From Isurus oxyrinchus (lineage: Eukaryota): a stretch of DNA of 64,000 nucleotides. Shown here in pieces: positions 1-11,642 of the stretch. Position numbers and translations under genes: made by a program. Where the stretch lies: the NCBI GenBank assembly GCA_026770705.1, contig JANJGN010000026.1:3224001-3288000 (forward strand), given 5' to 3'. The notes beneath the pieces were generated by a model. It ran no database searches. It was given only the letters and a program-made list of their open reading frames with translations, and was not told the DNA's origin. Position 1 is the stretch's first letter. Each line of letters starts with the position of its first letter.

Positions 1-216
1 GAATCCCTGACCATCAACTGCGTCCTAAAGGATCCTAGCTTTGGTTTGTGCTCTACAGCATGGTGCCACAAAAACCCAAGAACAACAGATTGGGAATGGA
101 TAACCATTGGCGGCCGATATGTTGAATCAGACAACAAGGGAAGCAATTCCTTTTCCCTGCGAATCAATGGCCTGACAGTTGAACACAGTGTCATGTTTCA
201 CTGCAGAGCTCGAGAG
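1..216 (+). CDS. IgNAR: VNAR variable exon, 3' part (5' end lies before the window)
   Basis: Frame 1 reads ESLTINCVLKDPSFGLCSTAWCHKNPRTTDWEWITIGGRYVESDNKGSNSFSLRINGLTVEHSVMFHCRARE. VNAR hallmarks present: ESLTINCVL, GRYVES, SFSLRI.LTVE.S, and the truncated FR2/CDR2. Confidence 0.96.
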
Positions 217-254
217 CACAATAATGAGTTTGAGCTTCCATTCATACAAGAACA
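217..254 (+). other. V 3' recombination signal sequence (22-bp spacer)
   Basis: Heptamer CACAATA 217-223, 22-nt spacer, nonamer ACAAGAACA 246-254. Confidence 0.88.
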
Positions 255-451
255 CCCCCGAATCTTCTGTTGAATGAAATACGAATTGTTTCGCTCTTTT
301 CCCTCAAACTTTCATTTTGCAGGTATTGATTCCCATCTGAGACAGGTGGAGATGTGTAAATAACTGGTGACAGTTTCAGGATCAGAAATCCCCGCATTGA
401 GAAAGTGGCTTTAAAGTGCGGTTGTTCAATTTACAGTCTCGCAAGTGAACC

Positions 452-534
452 TCTTTGTGCACTGGGCTGTACCACTGTGTGCATACTATAACAGCCACAG
501 CAATCGAGAAGACGGTTCCTGTAATACACAAACT
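452..534 (+). other. D1 segment (480-495, TGCATACTATAACAGC) with 5' 12-RSS and 3' 23-RSS
   Basis: TCTTTGTGC-12-CACTGTG(473-479), then D, then CACAGCA(496-502)-23-ACACAAACT(526-534). The 5' nonamer is the weakest element. Confidence 0.88.
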
Positions 535-731
535 ACCAGCAGAGATTCTGTTTTAAAAGTGACAACAAAGTCACCAATTCTCAACGAGGTTAGGAGCAAG
601 TTATTGGTTACCCGGTGATTTGGAGGGGTAACACGTTTCGTTATAAAAGGCTGGAAAAAAACAACATTGTGATGTGTATACAGATTGTGGTTTACGTCAA
701 AACTGAGAGCCTTGTATTACTGCACGTGCGA

Positions 732-809
732 CCTTTTTGCATTGATCCCTATGATTGTGTACCTGGCGGACCACAGTGATGAATCCTGGATACTCATAAT
801 ACATAAACT
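732..809 (+). other. D2 segment (760-771, TACCTGGCGGAC) with 5' 12-RSS and 3' 22-RSS
   Basis: CCTTTTTGC-12-GATTGTG(753-759), then D, then CACAGTG(772-778)-22-ACATAAACT(801-809). Confidence 0.9.
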
Positions 810-1124
810 TCCCCACACCTCTTAAGGCAAAGCGAACAGATGTCACTTTCTGAGTGGCTAAGATATTTCATGGCTAAATATTTATTATCTTCGTCAGACA
901 GTGCTTGGTAAATTAAAGGCTTTTTCTCTAATTATTTAGGTGGTAATTTTATACATTTTATAAATGTCATCTTCATAATAGAACACTTTAGATTCACCAG
1001 GACTTTTCGAGTGGGTGAGAATTATAGGCACCTAAGGGATCCTAACATATAGGCAACGATTTGCTACATTTTTCAATCAATTTCGTGAATATTTGAAGGA
1101 TTTTTGTAAAGTTTTGGACAATGG

Positions 1125-1192
1125 ATTTATTGTGTTGGGGTGAATTGATGTGTACCTGCGATGACACAGTGCCTCGGGCCACAGCACAAACC
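1125..1192 (+). other. D3 segment (1153-1164, TACCTGCGATGA) flanked by two 12-RSS
   Basis: ATTTATTGT-12-TGATGTG(1146-1152), then D, then CACAGTG(1165-1171)-12-GCACAAACC(1184-1192). Confidence 0.9.
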
Positions 1193-1506
1193 TCCCCGAC
1201 AGTTATTTATTTTACTACTCATGAATGTGGCTGAATAATCTACTTTCCTACACTTGATCTCTCGCTGCACAGAGGTTGAAATCAGTTCCTGATCGGCTTT
1301 TGGTTGGAACTATCCGCATTCCCAGTAACATTAAAATACTGGATTGTCTTTTTCAGTGTTACAAAAATTCACATCGCTCATACGAACTATCGGCACGGAC
1401 AGAAACTGACAGAAAATAAAGATTTATTAATGAATAAAAAGTATACAAGATGTCCTTGCATCCGTCTTGCTTTGAAATATTTATTACCAAATTATTCTTC
1501 GTTGAC

Positions 1507-1593
1507 ACTTTTTGAACTGGGCTGACTGGGAGATGACTGACTGTGACTATAACTACTACGATGAGTTTGGCACTGTGCTGACCGTGAACTCAG
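1507..1593 (+). other. IgNAR: J segment (1546-1593) with 5' 23-RSS and splice donor
   Basis: ACTTTTTGA-23-GACTGTG(1539-1545). The coding part reads YNYYDEFGTVLTVNS and is followed by a phase-1 donor G|GTAAGT at 1594. GTVLTVN is the VNAR FR4 signature. Confidence 0.93.
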
Positions 1594-3966
1594 GTAAGTG
1601 ACCTTTCTTTCTACTTTCTCACTACGATTTTGTACATATAGGATAAGAAGAATCAATGTTCTCATTAAAATCGGCTGAAGCAGGTTTGTGATGGTCGCAG
1701 CTCCTTTCCAAGACCTGATTAGATTGACTGTCAGTCAACTTCGAACGGGCTTAGAACTTTGTTATTTCAAAAGATATTTTGTTCGAAAATATAGTGAAAT
1801 TGGTTTTAAGTATATAACTTATTTGTCACATAACACTTAAGATAGTTATTAAGAAAGATGGTGAATGTTTTAATACTTAAAACGGAACCAAATTTGCAAA
1901 GTTCCACCTTAATGATTTGTTCCTTCACAAATTAGAGAGATAACATTTCTAGTGCGAAAAAATTAATACAATTTTTCAGTGAGGAATGGCTTCTGAAAGC
2001 AAGTAATGGATGCATCCTTTTATTTTATAAACCACAGCTTATGATTTATTACTCCCCCTAAAACCTTTATCGTTCTCTATGACAAAGAGTTACGTTAATA
2101 TTGGCACATACCCTGAAAATCTGTTATCCATTCGCACCTGGAGATTTGTGACTTTTGATTTAAGGGCACAAGTCAGTGACCTAGAAAGTGAGTCGCTGGG
2201 CATGACACTGGTCTGTCCCAGTGGCATTAAATGTGCGCTAGAGATTCAGGAACCTATTTTACAAGCGCCAGCTTTCCCCTCCTCGATTGACTTGGACTAC
2301 AATATCATGGTTTTAATTTCTCATCAAAGAAAAACGACAGAGAAACCTATCGAGTTTCCTAAAAGAGATTGAAATGCGCTTCTGTGAACTTCAGTGGAAA
2401 TTAGACCGTATAAGGTGAAACACTGACTCCCAATACGCTATCAGAAGGAGCTGTATTACCAACGACAACCAATTTCACCCCTGGACTGAAATTCTATGGG
2501 AATCATGTTTCCATGGAAACCAGTCTCCTAGACTCGTATTTCAGCTGATAGTGGCGCTCTGTGTGCATGATTAGGATGAGCAGCAGAGAGCTTTGAAGTA
2601 ACAGCGGGTTACAATGTTCTAATTATATTCCCTTTTATATTCTATGCATAGAAATAAAGTAAGAGCTCCCACCCCCGTCCCGTCCCTTTTTTAAAACTTT
2701 ATTGAGAATGTTGAAGCCTTTTCTCACACTTGATCTGTTATACCGTTCATTGGCTTACTTTATTTGAAGAAGAAATTTGTTTATTTGGGATCTGAGGGCT
2801 GGAAATCCGTCCCTGATGGTAGTGCAAAAACGGGCGGTTTTGGCCCAGCTGCCTGTTTGAAGCAGCGTCTGATGTTATGTTTCACTGATTGAAATGTGCA
2901 TTACATCAGGCACTGCGCATAATAGCCACCGATCCGCTTCTGCCCATTTTTCTCCATCAGCAGAGATGAACCTTTAGCTCTTTAACAATGAATAGGAAGG
3001 GCGAGATGCAGACTGGACTAGGAGCATTGCTGAGGTTGAAGGGAATCGCTGCAGAGATGGAGCAGTCATTAATCGAAAAGTGCAACCTTCTATGAAACCA
3101 GAAAAATAAAACACGCGGCGGTAAACTGGTATCCCTTCCATTACCTGGCATGATACAGATTGATCCACCCATAGAATTTGCTCTCGCTGCAACTGATGCT
3201 CCCCAATTTAAACACATTAAAACTGTCACCTTTCCCTTGAGCTGTTATGTCCTGTACCTGTCTGTCTGCGGCATTTAAGCAGGAATTTATTTATTTATAT
3301 TAAAATGTTTTAAACCCTTTGTCGAATAGTGTAACAAGGAAGATCAAACTGAAATTGGAAAAGGAGATTTTGTGGCTTAATATCATTCCTTGCCTTTACT
3401 GACAAATCAGTGGGCAAAACAAATGTTTTAATATATATTTCAATAATATTCACATTCCCAACATCAGAGGGAAATCATTTTGTATAGACTTTTCAGCTTG
3501 GCAAAGGATTGTGAATTTAAGACTTGCATTGAAGATAATTTTGCAGCTGATTAATTTGTTCACTTCCTCATCCCCATTTCAGCACTCCCTCTTTTATTTT
3601 TGTAGACATATATCAATTTTACCCAGTTTTGTAAACTTTCATCAACTGTAATTTGTGATGCATTTTATTTTTCTCCGAATTTTCCACTTTTTTCGGCTGC
3701 CTATCTAATCTCCTAGAAAACCTCTTCCCGACTTTGCCCATGTCATCTTCCCGACATGTCTGAAGAATGTTTGTTTGCACATTTCACTCTAACACATTCA
3801 GGCCCATAAATAGTGGTAATTTCCTTCAGCTTTATAACTCCAGAAGATGAATTAGCACTATTTGCTCCACCCTTATCCTGTGGATTCCTTTACCACTGCT
3901 CAAATAATTAAATTGCATTGCCAACACTCCATGTCTCGGGCACAGGTTCAGTCCAAATATATTTGA

Positions 3967-4056
3967 AGGTTTCTTGATAATCATCTGCTGTTTGTCTGTT
4001 ACGATATTCTAGGTTTTCTTGATAATCATCTGCTGTTTGTCTGTTATCCATATTCT
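3967..4056. repeat. Tandem duplication of a ~45-bp unit in the J-C intron
   Basis: AGGTTT(T)CTTGATAATCATCTGCTGTTTGTCTGTTA..ATATTCT occurs twice head-to-tail. Confidence 0.85.
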
Positions 4057-4539
4057 AGGCTATGTGCCATCAATTATCTCTTGCAGTTTTTTCCCCAATT
4101 TCAACTTAACGTTCTCACATTTAAACTCGTCCACGCCATCCCCTTCTAACATTCAATCTCCATGAAAGCATTTTGTTTACAGCCGACACAAATCCTATGT
4201 TTATCAACGTGTTTTTTTTTTCATCTTCCCGAAGTAAATCTCATTCTTCATCTATTTTCAAATCGTATCTTCCCATTTGTCTTGTGCCGCTGTGTAAGTA
4301 GTTTCTTATTCTTACTGGTTAGCCAAGGAATGTATTGTGGCAACGAATGACACGACAGTAATGTAAAGTTTTCATATCGCAGCGAGAGAGCTCAAACGAT
4401 CCAATATAGAGAGAGGACTGTAGGAATAAAAACCGCCCTTTATTTAATGCTAATTCCTGTAAGCTACTAACATTAAGGCAGAACTGCATGAAACATTCTC
4501 CTAGAAAATGAGAAAGACATATAAGATTATGAAATATTT

Positions 4540-7000
4540 TCAATGACATGTTAATGGGCCTGAGAAAGGTTGATTGGAATCATGAATTGATAGTTAAAAC
4601 CAAAAACTTATAATGGGATATCTTTGAAGAGGAAATGGCTCGGGTACAGTGTAGACATGTTTCCATGAAACGAAAGAAAAGAACATCAAGCTCGAGCTCC
4701 ATGAATGACTAAATGTAAAAATTAGCATGATGCAGAATCGCAAGGCTTAAGGAAAATGTATGATTCATAAGTATAGAAGCAAGCTGAGCACATAAAGAAA
4801 AGGGCGAACGAGAAAAACGGAATAATAGTGGCAATGTGTGTGAATACATTTGTCTTTAAAATTAAAGGCAAACTTAAAGTGTTTTATAATTTGTTTTTTA
4901 TGAGCACCTAAGCAGTAGGATTGTCAAAGGAAGGGTGAGGATAAATAGGGGCCGAAACCAATATTGTTACGGCGGTAGAAGGCACGGCAGAGGCAAAAAT
5001 AAATAGTTTACATGTGCCTTCACTGAAAAAGCGGAATTCTGCCATTACCACAGCAAGCTAGGGGGCACTAACGAAACGGAAGATATTCATTATATAAAAA
5101 CATGTTATTTGCATTGTTGGCAGCGCTTAAAGAAGAAAGAAATCACTTGGACGGATGGAATGCTGTCAGAAGCAAGTGAGGAAACAGTTCAAGCTATCAC
5201 CACAATCTTCCAAACCTCCTCAGATATGAGAGTGGTCCCGGAAGACTGCGTGTTACAAAATGTTGTACTCAGGCACACAAAGCGGAGAATAATAAACTTG
5301 AGAAATACAGCCAGTCAGCCCAGCATTAGAGATGGGGAAAACTGTACAGACAATAATGCGGAGAAGATTAATTGGTACTCTCAACTACAGTTCAGTAGTT
5401 ACCAGCAAATGGAGTTTGTTAAAGGAAAATCATGTTTAACTATCTTGGCTGAGTTTTTGATGGTGTAACAGAGACGGTTGTTGAGCTCAGTACAGGTGAT
5501 GCTGGGAAAATGGACTCCCAAATATTGTTTGCTTAAGCGCCAAAATTGAAGCCCACAGGGTTATAATGGAGGCGACAGGCTGAATACGAGATTTGGGAAG
5601 GGATAGAAGTCAATGAATGATGGTTCTGAATTATTGTTTCTGATGGGAAGCAAGTGCCCGGTGTCAGCCCGGTGCGGTATGAGGAGTGTTGTTCTTTCTG
5701 GTACATATTAATGACGTGGACTCAGGGATACGGGGCAGAATTTCGAAGGATGCAGATGGCATGCAACGTGTAAATATAATAAAGAGCGGCGGGAACATTG
5801 ACTGGTCAACTAGGTTGATGCATAGCAGGTTCTGTTTAATGCAGGGAAGTGTTGTGGTAAACGGTTTTTCATGGATGAATGAGAAAAGTGTAACAAAAAC
5901 TAAATAAGCAGTTCTTAGTCGGTAGAAAAGGGTACTGGTACCGAGTGACCTGGGGCCGCATGCACAGTGATCTTTGAAGGTGGCACACAGTTGCAGTTGT
6001 TTCTTGAAGCATAAAGTAATAAGGTTATACTAAACTTAAAATAATGTCAGGAAGAAATATTAATCTATATAATGTAATTGTATTTTAAATAAGGGTTTAG
6101 TCTGTGTGTGTGTTACTTGGACTAAAAGCGGCTTGCCTGCCTGCTTTAATATATGGTAGTTTTGAGATGTAAACAGTATGCTAGGTTGTATTTGCATTTT
6201 GTTGAATGAAGCATTCGAGAAGTGGAGTGAAAACGTGCATATAGCAAAGAGACACCAAGCAATATTTATATCACTAACAAAATTGGTATTCTGAAAGGCG
6301 TTCAAAAGACCTGGTGATAGAATGAAAAATTGCATTCAAAGGGGAAGGCTCGGTATATGCATAAGGGTTCTGTGTGTTGAAGCCAGAGGCATGTAAGGTC
6401 AAAGGCTGTACGCCTACAACTACCTGCAAAGGAACCAACTTGAAAGGAAACTCATCTTGAATGCATAAGATGGAATTTCTTTTCCTGGTGTCTGGTTAGG
6501 TCTATTGGCTATTTTTGCCTTATTGGAGATTGATTTGGAAATTTGTTATAAGTTATGATAATTTGTAGACACGTTTTAGTGTTTAATGCCTTGTTGTCAA
6601 TTCATAAATGTATCATTTAGTGTGATATGAAAACCATTGAAGAGCTAGGGGGTTCTTTTCTGAATTCAGAGTTGCATCTCAAACGCACCAATTGAAAATA
6701 TACGTAATGACAGTTGTTTAAAGTTTCCCTCTGGGATTTTAAAGGTCAGCCTTTATCAACCACTGTGTCATAACAGTAAAAATAGTGGTTAGGAGCCAGT
6801 TGGAATAATGTGCCTAATTATGTGAACTGCAGTTAAGGGATGATGTTAAACTCTTAGAAAGGGCATGGAGGAAATAAGCTATAATAGTAGATGTGACACG
6901 GGATTTTAATTATGAAGCAACTTAAATGAACTTGGATTGTTATCGTTAGCCGATGTGAACAAACAGATTTGGAGTGAGCTGATGGGCCACTTCCTCTTAC
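4540..7000 (+). mobile_element. Degenerate CR1-type LINE, interrupted at 6045-6775
   Basis: ORF2 remnants: IFQTSSDMRVVPEDC, FVKGKSCLT, HINDVDSGIRGRISK. LINE sequence resumes after 6775. Confidence 0.75.
6045..6775. mobile_element. Putative solo LTR inserted into the CR1
   Basis: Termini TGTCAGGA...TCATAACA (TG...CA, imperfect inverted ends). Flanks ATAA/GTAA resemble a 4-bp TSD, and the two flanks join into continuous CR1 ORF2 sequence. Confidence 0.55.
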
Positions 7001-8357
7001 TCCGCCATTTGATAATATTATGGATGATTTGAGTGTGGCCTCAATTCCATTTTGCTCTCTACCACTATAACCTATGAATCCCATTATTTCAGAAAATGTT
7101 GTTTGAAAATATTTCCAGATAAAGGCACAAAGTCAAATTGCTCCATGAACATGAAAGGTAAAATAGGTTATCAATAGCAGTTAACAAACACAACTTGGAC
7201 TGACATTACTTTCAGTGCAATGAAACGTCCCAGTGCACTTCAGAGGGGTGGAACCGGCTTCAAAGGAATGGAATGTGCAGCTGGTTCTGAAGATCATGAC
7301 TTCTGCATTCCCGATATTTAGTTGGACGAAATTACTGTTAATCTAGGACTGAATGTGGGGAAACAGTCTGACAATTTCATGACATTGGAGGAGTCGATAG
7401 AGGTGGTGGTGGAGTAGAATTCAGCATCGTCAGCATGAAGGTGAAAATTAATGGTGTGGTTTCAGATAACATCGCCGAGGGGCAGGGTTTAAATGGGAAA
7501 TGACAGAGAAAGAATCAATGTATGTTCAATATTTGACAATCACTACTTAGCAGGGCAAAAGTGAAGAAATATTGGACATACGGAACTGACAAAAAATCAG
7601 TCATAAATTAACAAGGGCTGACAATTAGGGTTTGCTGCAGGTCAACCCACAATGCTCAATACACACATTGGGACTCTTAAAGTTCCATGCGCTATAAGAT
7701 TGGCCTTATCTTAAAACCCCTAAATCAAGCCGGAGCCATTTGCTTTCTATGTAAGCTTGATGCTTGTGTATTACATCTCCGCAGCCATGCCCCTACCAAT
7801 CAGAGATACTTTCCAACCAATCAGCAATCTCTTATGAACAAAACAAATAGGAGCAGGAGTAGGCCATTTGGCCCTTCAAGCCTGCCCTGCCATTCAATAA
7901 AATCATGGCTGATCTGCCCCAGGCCTCAACTCCTCCTTTGTGCCAGCTCCTCATAGCTCTCAACTTCCCAATATTTCAAAAACCTATCCATCTCTTCTTT
8001 AAGCACTTTCACTGACCTAGCCTCCACAACACTCTGGGGTAGAGAATTCCAGACATTCACTACCCTCTGAGAGAACAAATTCCTTTGCATCTCAGTTTCA
8101 AATGATTGTCCCTTTATTCTCTAACCATGTCCTCTAGATTGAGATTTCCCCAGTGGTAGAAATATTTTCTCAACACCTACTCTGCCAAGCCCCTTCTGGA
8201 TTTTGTACATTTCAATAAGATAACCCTCATTCTTCAAAACTCAAATGGACAAAGGCCTAAACTGTTTAGCCGTTCTTGATAAGTCAACTCCATCATCCCG
8301 TGAATCAGCCCAGTGAATATCTTTTGAACTGTCTTCAATGCCAGTACTTCCTTTCTT

Positions 8358-10060
8358 AAAAGTGTTGAACGAATACTTCTCATCTGTCTTCATCCAAGAG
8401 AATGAGGATGAGGATATCGAACTCATGGAGAGAGATTGTGAGCTTCTTAAGCAAATTAACATAGGGAGTGACAAGATATTGGAGTTGCTCACAGGCTTAG
8501 AAGTGGACAAACATCCAGGTCCAGATGATTTATGTCCCAAACTTCTGAGGGAGGCAGGTCTCTGACCCAAATCTTTAATTCCTCCCTGGCCACGGGGGAT
8601 GTGCCTGAGGACTGGAGAACAGCGAATATGGTTCTGCTATTGAAGAAGGGGTGTGGAAATAAGCCAGGAAACTGCACACCAGTGAGTCTCACGTCAGTGG
8701 TAGGGAAACTATTGGACAAAATTCTGAAGGAGAGAACCTATCTATACTTGGAGAGGCATGGAATTAACAGCATGGCTTTGTCAGAGGGAAGCCATGCCTA
8801 ACAAATCTGATTGAATTTTTTGAGGAGGTGACCAGGCATGTAGATGACGGTAACGTAGTTGATGTAATTTATGTGGATTTCAGCAAATCCTTTGACAAGT
8901 TCCCACATGGGAGACTTATACAGACAGTAAATGCGCATGGGATACAGGGTAATTTGATAAGGTGGATTCAAAATTGGCTTAGTTGTAGGAGACAGAGTGT
9001 GATGACAGAACGATTCTTTAGTGACTGGAAGCCAGCGTCTAGTGGCGCACCACAGAGATGTGTGCTGGGTCCCCTTTTATTTATCATTCATATAAACGGC
9101 ATATAAGACTATGTGGGGGGTATGATTAGTGAGTTTGCGGATGACACAAAGATTGGCCGGATGGTTAACAGTGAAGTTGAGTGTCTTCGGCTACAGGAAT
9201 ATATAGATGGGAAGGTCAAATGGGCAGATAAGTTCCGGATGGAATTTAACCCTGAAAAGTATGAGGTGATACACTTTGGAAGGAGTAATTTGACAAGGAA
9301 GAATTTAATGAAAAGCATGACACGAGGATGTTCTGAGGAACAAAGGGGCCTTGGCGTGTGTGTTCCTAGATGTCTGAAGGCGGAGGGGCATGTCCGTCAG
9401 GTGGTGAAAAAGGCATATGGACACTTGCCTTTATCAATCGACGCATAGATTACATAAGTAGGGAGGTCATCTTGGAGTTGTACAGAACCTTGGTGAGGCC
9501 ACAGCTGGTGTGATGTGTGCAGTTCTGGTCGCTACATTATAGGGAGGATGTGACTGCACTGGAGGGGGTGCAGAGAAGATGCACCAGGTTGATGGCTGGG
9601 ATGAAACATTTAAGTTATGAAGAGAGGTTGGAGAGATTTGTTTGTGTTCGTTGGAGCAGTGAACACTGAGGGGCAACCTCATCGAGGCGTACAAGATTAT
9701 GAGGGGCATATACAGGGTGGATAGGGAGCAGTTGTTCCCCTTAGTTGAAGGGTCAGTCACGAAGGGACCTAAGTTCATGGTGAGGGGCAGGAGGCTTAGG
9801 GGGGATGTGAGAAAAAACTATTTTACTCAGAGGGTTGTGACAGTCTGGAATGCACTGACTGGGAGAGTGATGGAGGAGGGTTGCCTCACATCCTTTGAAA
9901 GGTATCTGGATGAGCACTTGGCACATCATAACATTTAAGGCAATGGGCCAAGTGCTGGTAAATGGGATTAGATAGGTAGATCAGATGTTTCTCACGTGTC
10001 AGTGCAGACTCGATGGGCCGAAGAGCCTCTTCTGCACTGTGTGATGCAGTGATTCTGTGA
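8358..10060 (+). mobile_element. 5'-truncated CR1-type LINE (frameshifted ORF2)
   Basis: LNEYFSSVF, PGPD, VPEDWRTAN, YVDFSKSFDK, FADDTKIG and FTQRVVTVWNAL motifs; ends in a GATTCTGTG-type tail. Confidence 0.9.
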
Positions 10061-10219
10061 AATTCAGGAACCAAAACTGTAGACAGTGCACCAGGTGCGG
10101 CCTCACCAAAAAGACTTCCCTATTTTTAAGCCACAACCCCTTAGCAATACAGACCAAAATTCCATTTGCCTTCTTAATCACTGGTTGCACCTGTTTGATA
10201 ACTTTGTTTTGGTGCTTCA

Positions 10220-11642
10220 TGCAAAATGTTGTTCCACTGTTTAAGAAGGGTAGCAGGGATAACCCAGAAAATTACAAGCCGGTGAGCCTTACTGGTGAGT
10301 GGTCGGAAAATTATTGGGGAAGATTCTTCATGACTGGATTTACTACCATTTGGAAGCAAACGGATTAATTGTGAGAGGTAGCATGTTTTTTTGAAGGGAA
10401 CGTTGTGTCTCACTAACTTGACCGAGTTTTTCGAGGAAGTGACAAAGATGATCAACGATGGAAGGGCAGTGGATGTTATCTACATGGATTTCAGTAACAG
10501 CTTTGACAAGGTCCCTCATGGGAGATTGGTACAGAAAGTAAAGACACACGGGATCAGAGGTGACCTGGCAAGATGAATACAGAATTGGCTTGGTCATAGA
10601 AGATCGAGGGTAGAAGTGGAAGGGTGCTGTTCTGAATGGAGAGCTGTGATTGGTGGTGTTCCGCAGGGGTCAGTGCTGGGACATTTGCTGTTTGTAGGAT
10701 ACGTACGTTATTTGGAGGAAAGCGTTACTGGGCTAATCAGTAAGTTTGAAGATGACACTAAGGTTGGAGGAGTTGCAGATAGTAAAGAGGATTGTGAAAG
10801 GATGCAACAGGATATAGATCGGTTGGAGATTTGGGTGGAGAAATGACAGAGTTTAATCTGGACAAATGCGAGGTAATGCATTTTGGAAGGTCTAATACAG
10901 ATAGTAATTATACAGTAAATGGCAGAAACTTTGAGTGCATCGACGGGCAGAGGGATCTGGCTGTACAGATCCACAGGCCACTGAAAGAGGCAACACAGTT
11001 GGATAACGTAGCCAGGAAGGCATATGGCATACTTGCCTTCATCGGCAGGGGCATTGAGTTTAAAAGCCTGGAAGTCATGCTGCAGCTGTATAGAACCTTG
11101 GTTAGGCCACACTTGGAATATTGCGTGCAATTCTTGTCGCCACATTACCAGAAGGATATGAAGGCATTGGAGAGGGTGCAGAGGAGGTTTTCCAGGATGC
11201 TGCCTGGTCTGGAGGTTATTAGCTATGAGGAGAGGTTGGAGAAACTCGGATTTTTCTCACTAGAGCGAAAGAGATTGAGGGGCGACTTGATAGAAGTTTA
11301 CAAAATTATGAGTGGCATGGACAGAGTATACAGTCAGAAGCTTTTTCCCAGGGTGGAAGAGTCAATTACTAGGGGACATAGATTTAAGGTGAGAGGAGAA
11401 AACTTTAGAGGAGATGTGTGGGGCAATTTTTTACCCAGAGGGTAGTGAGTGTCTGGAATTTGATGCTGGTACGATAGCGGTGCTTAAGAGGCAGCTTGAC
11501 AAATACATGAATGGTATGGGAATAGAGGGATACGGACTCCAGAAGTGCAAAATGTTTTCGTTTGACAGGCAATATGATCGGCGCAAGCTTGGAGGGCCGA
11601 AGGGCCTGTTCCTGTGCTGTACTTTTCTTTGTTCTTTGTTCT
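10220..11642 (+). mobile_element. 5'-truncated CR1-type LINE
   Basis: NVVPLFKKG, MDFSNSFDKVPH, GVPQGSVLG and LYRTLVRPHLEYC motifs; (TGTTCTT)n-like tail. Confidence 0.9.

Noticed and set aside
46-273. ORF-track 75-aa protein as a standalone gene
   Set aside because: It is the VNAR exon read from an internal TTG and running through the RSS; the real coding end is ~216.
1099-1134. Alternative 5' RSS for a longer D3 (GATTTTTGT...TATTGTG)
   Set aside because: The spacer is 20 nt, outside 12+/-1 or 22-23, and a proper 12-RSS overlaps it.
1571-1577. CACTGTG heptamer inside J
   Set aside because: A by-product of the G-T-V codons common in J segments, with no nonamer at a correct spacing.
2144-2195. 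Possible second, relic J (ATTTGTG...FDLRAQVSDLE...GTGAGT)
   Set aside because: No nonamer at 12 or 23 nt and no G-x-G-T motif.
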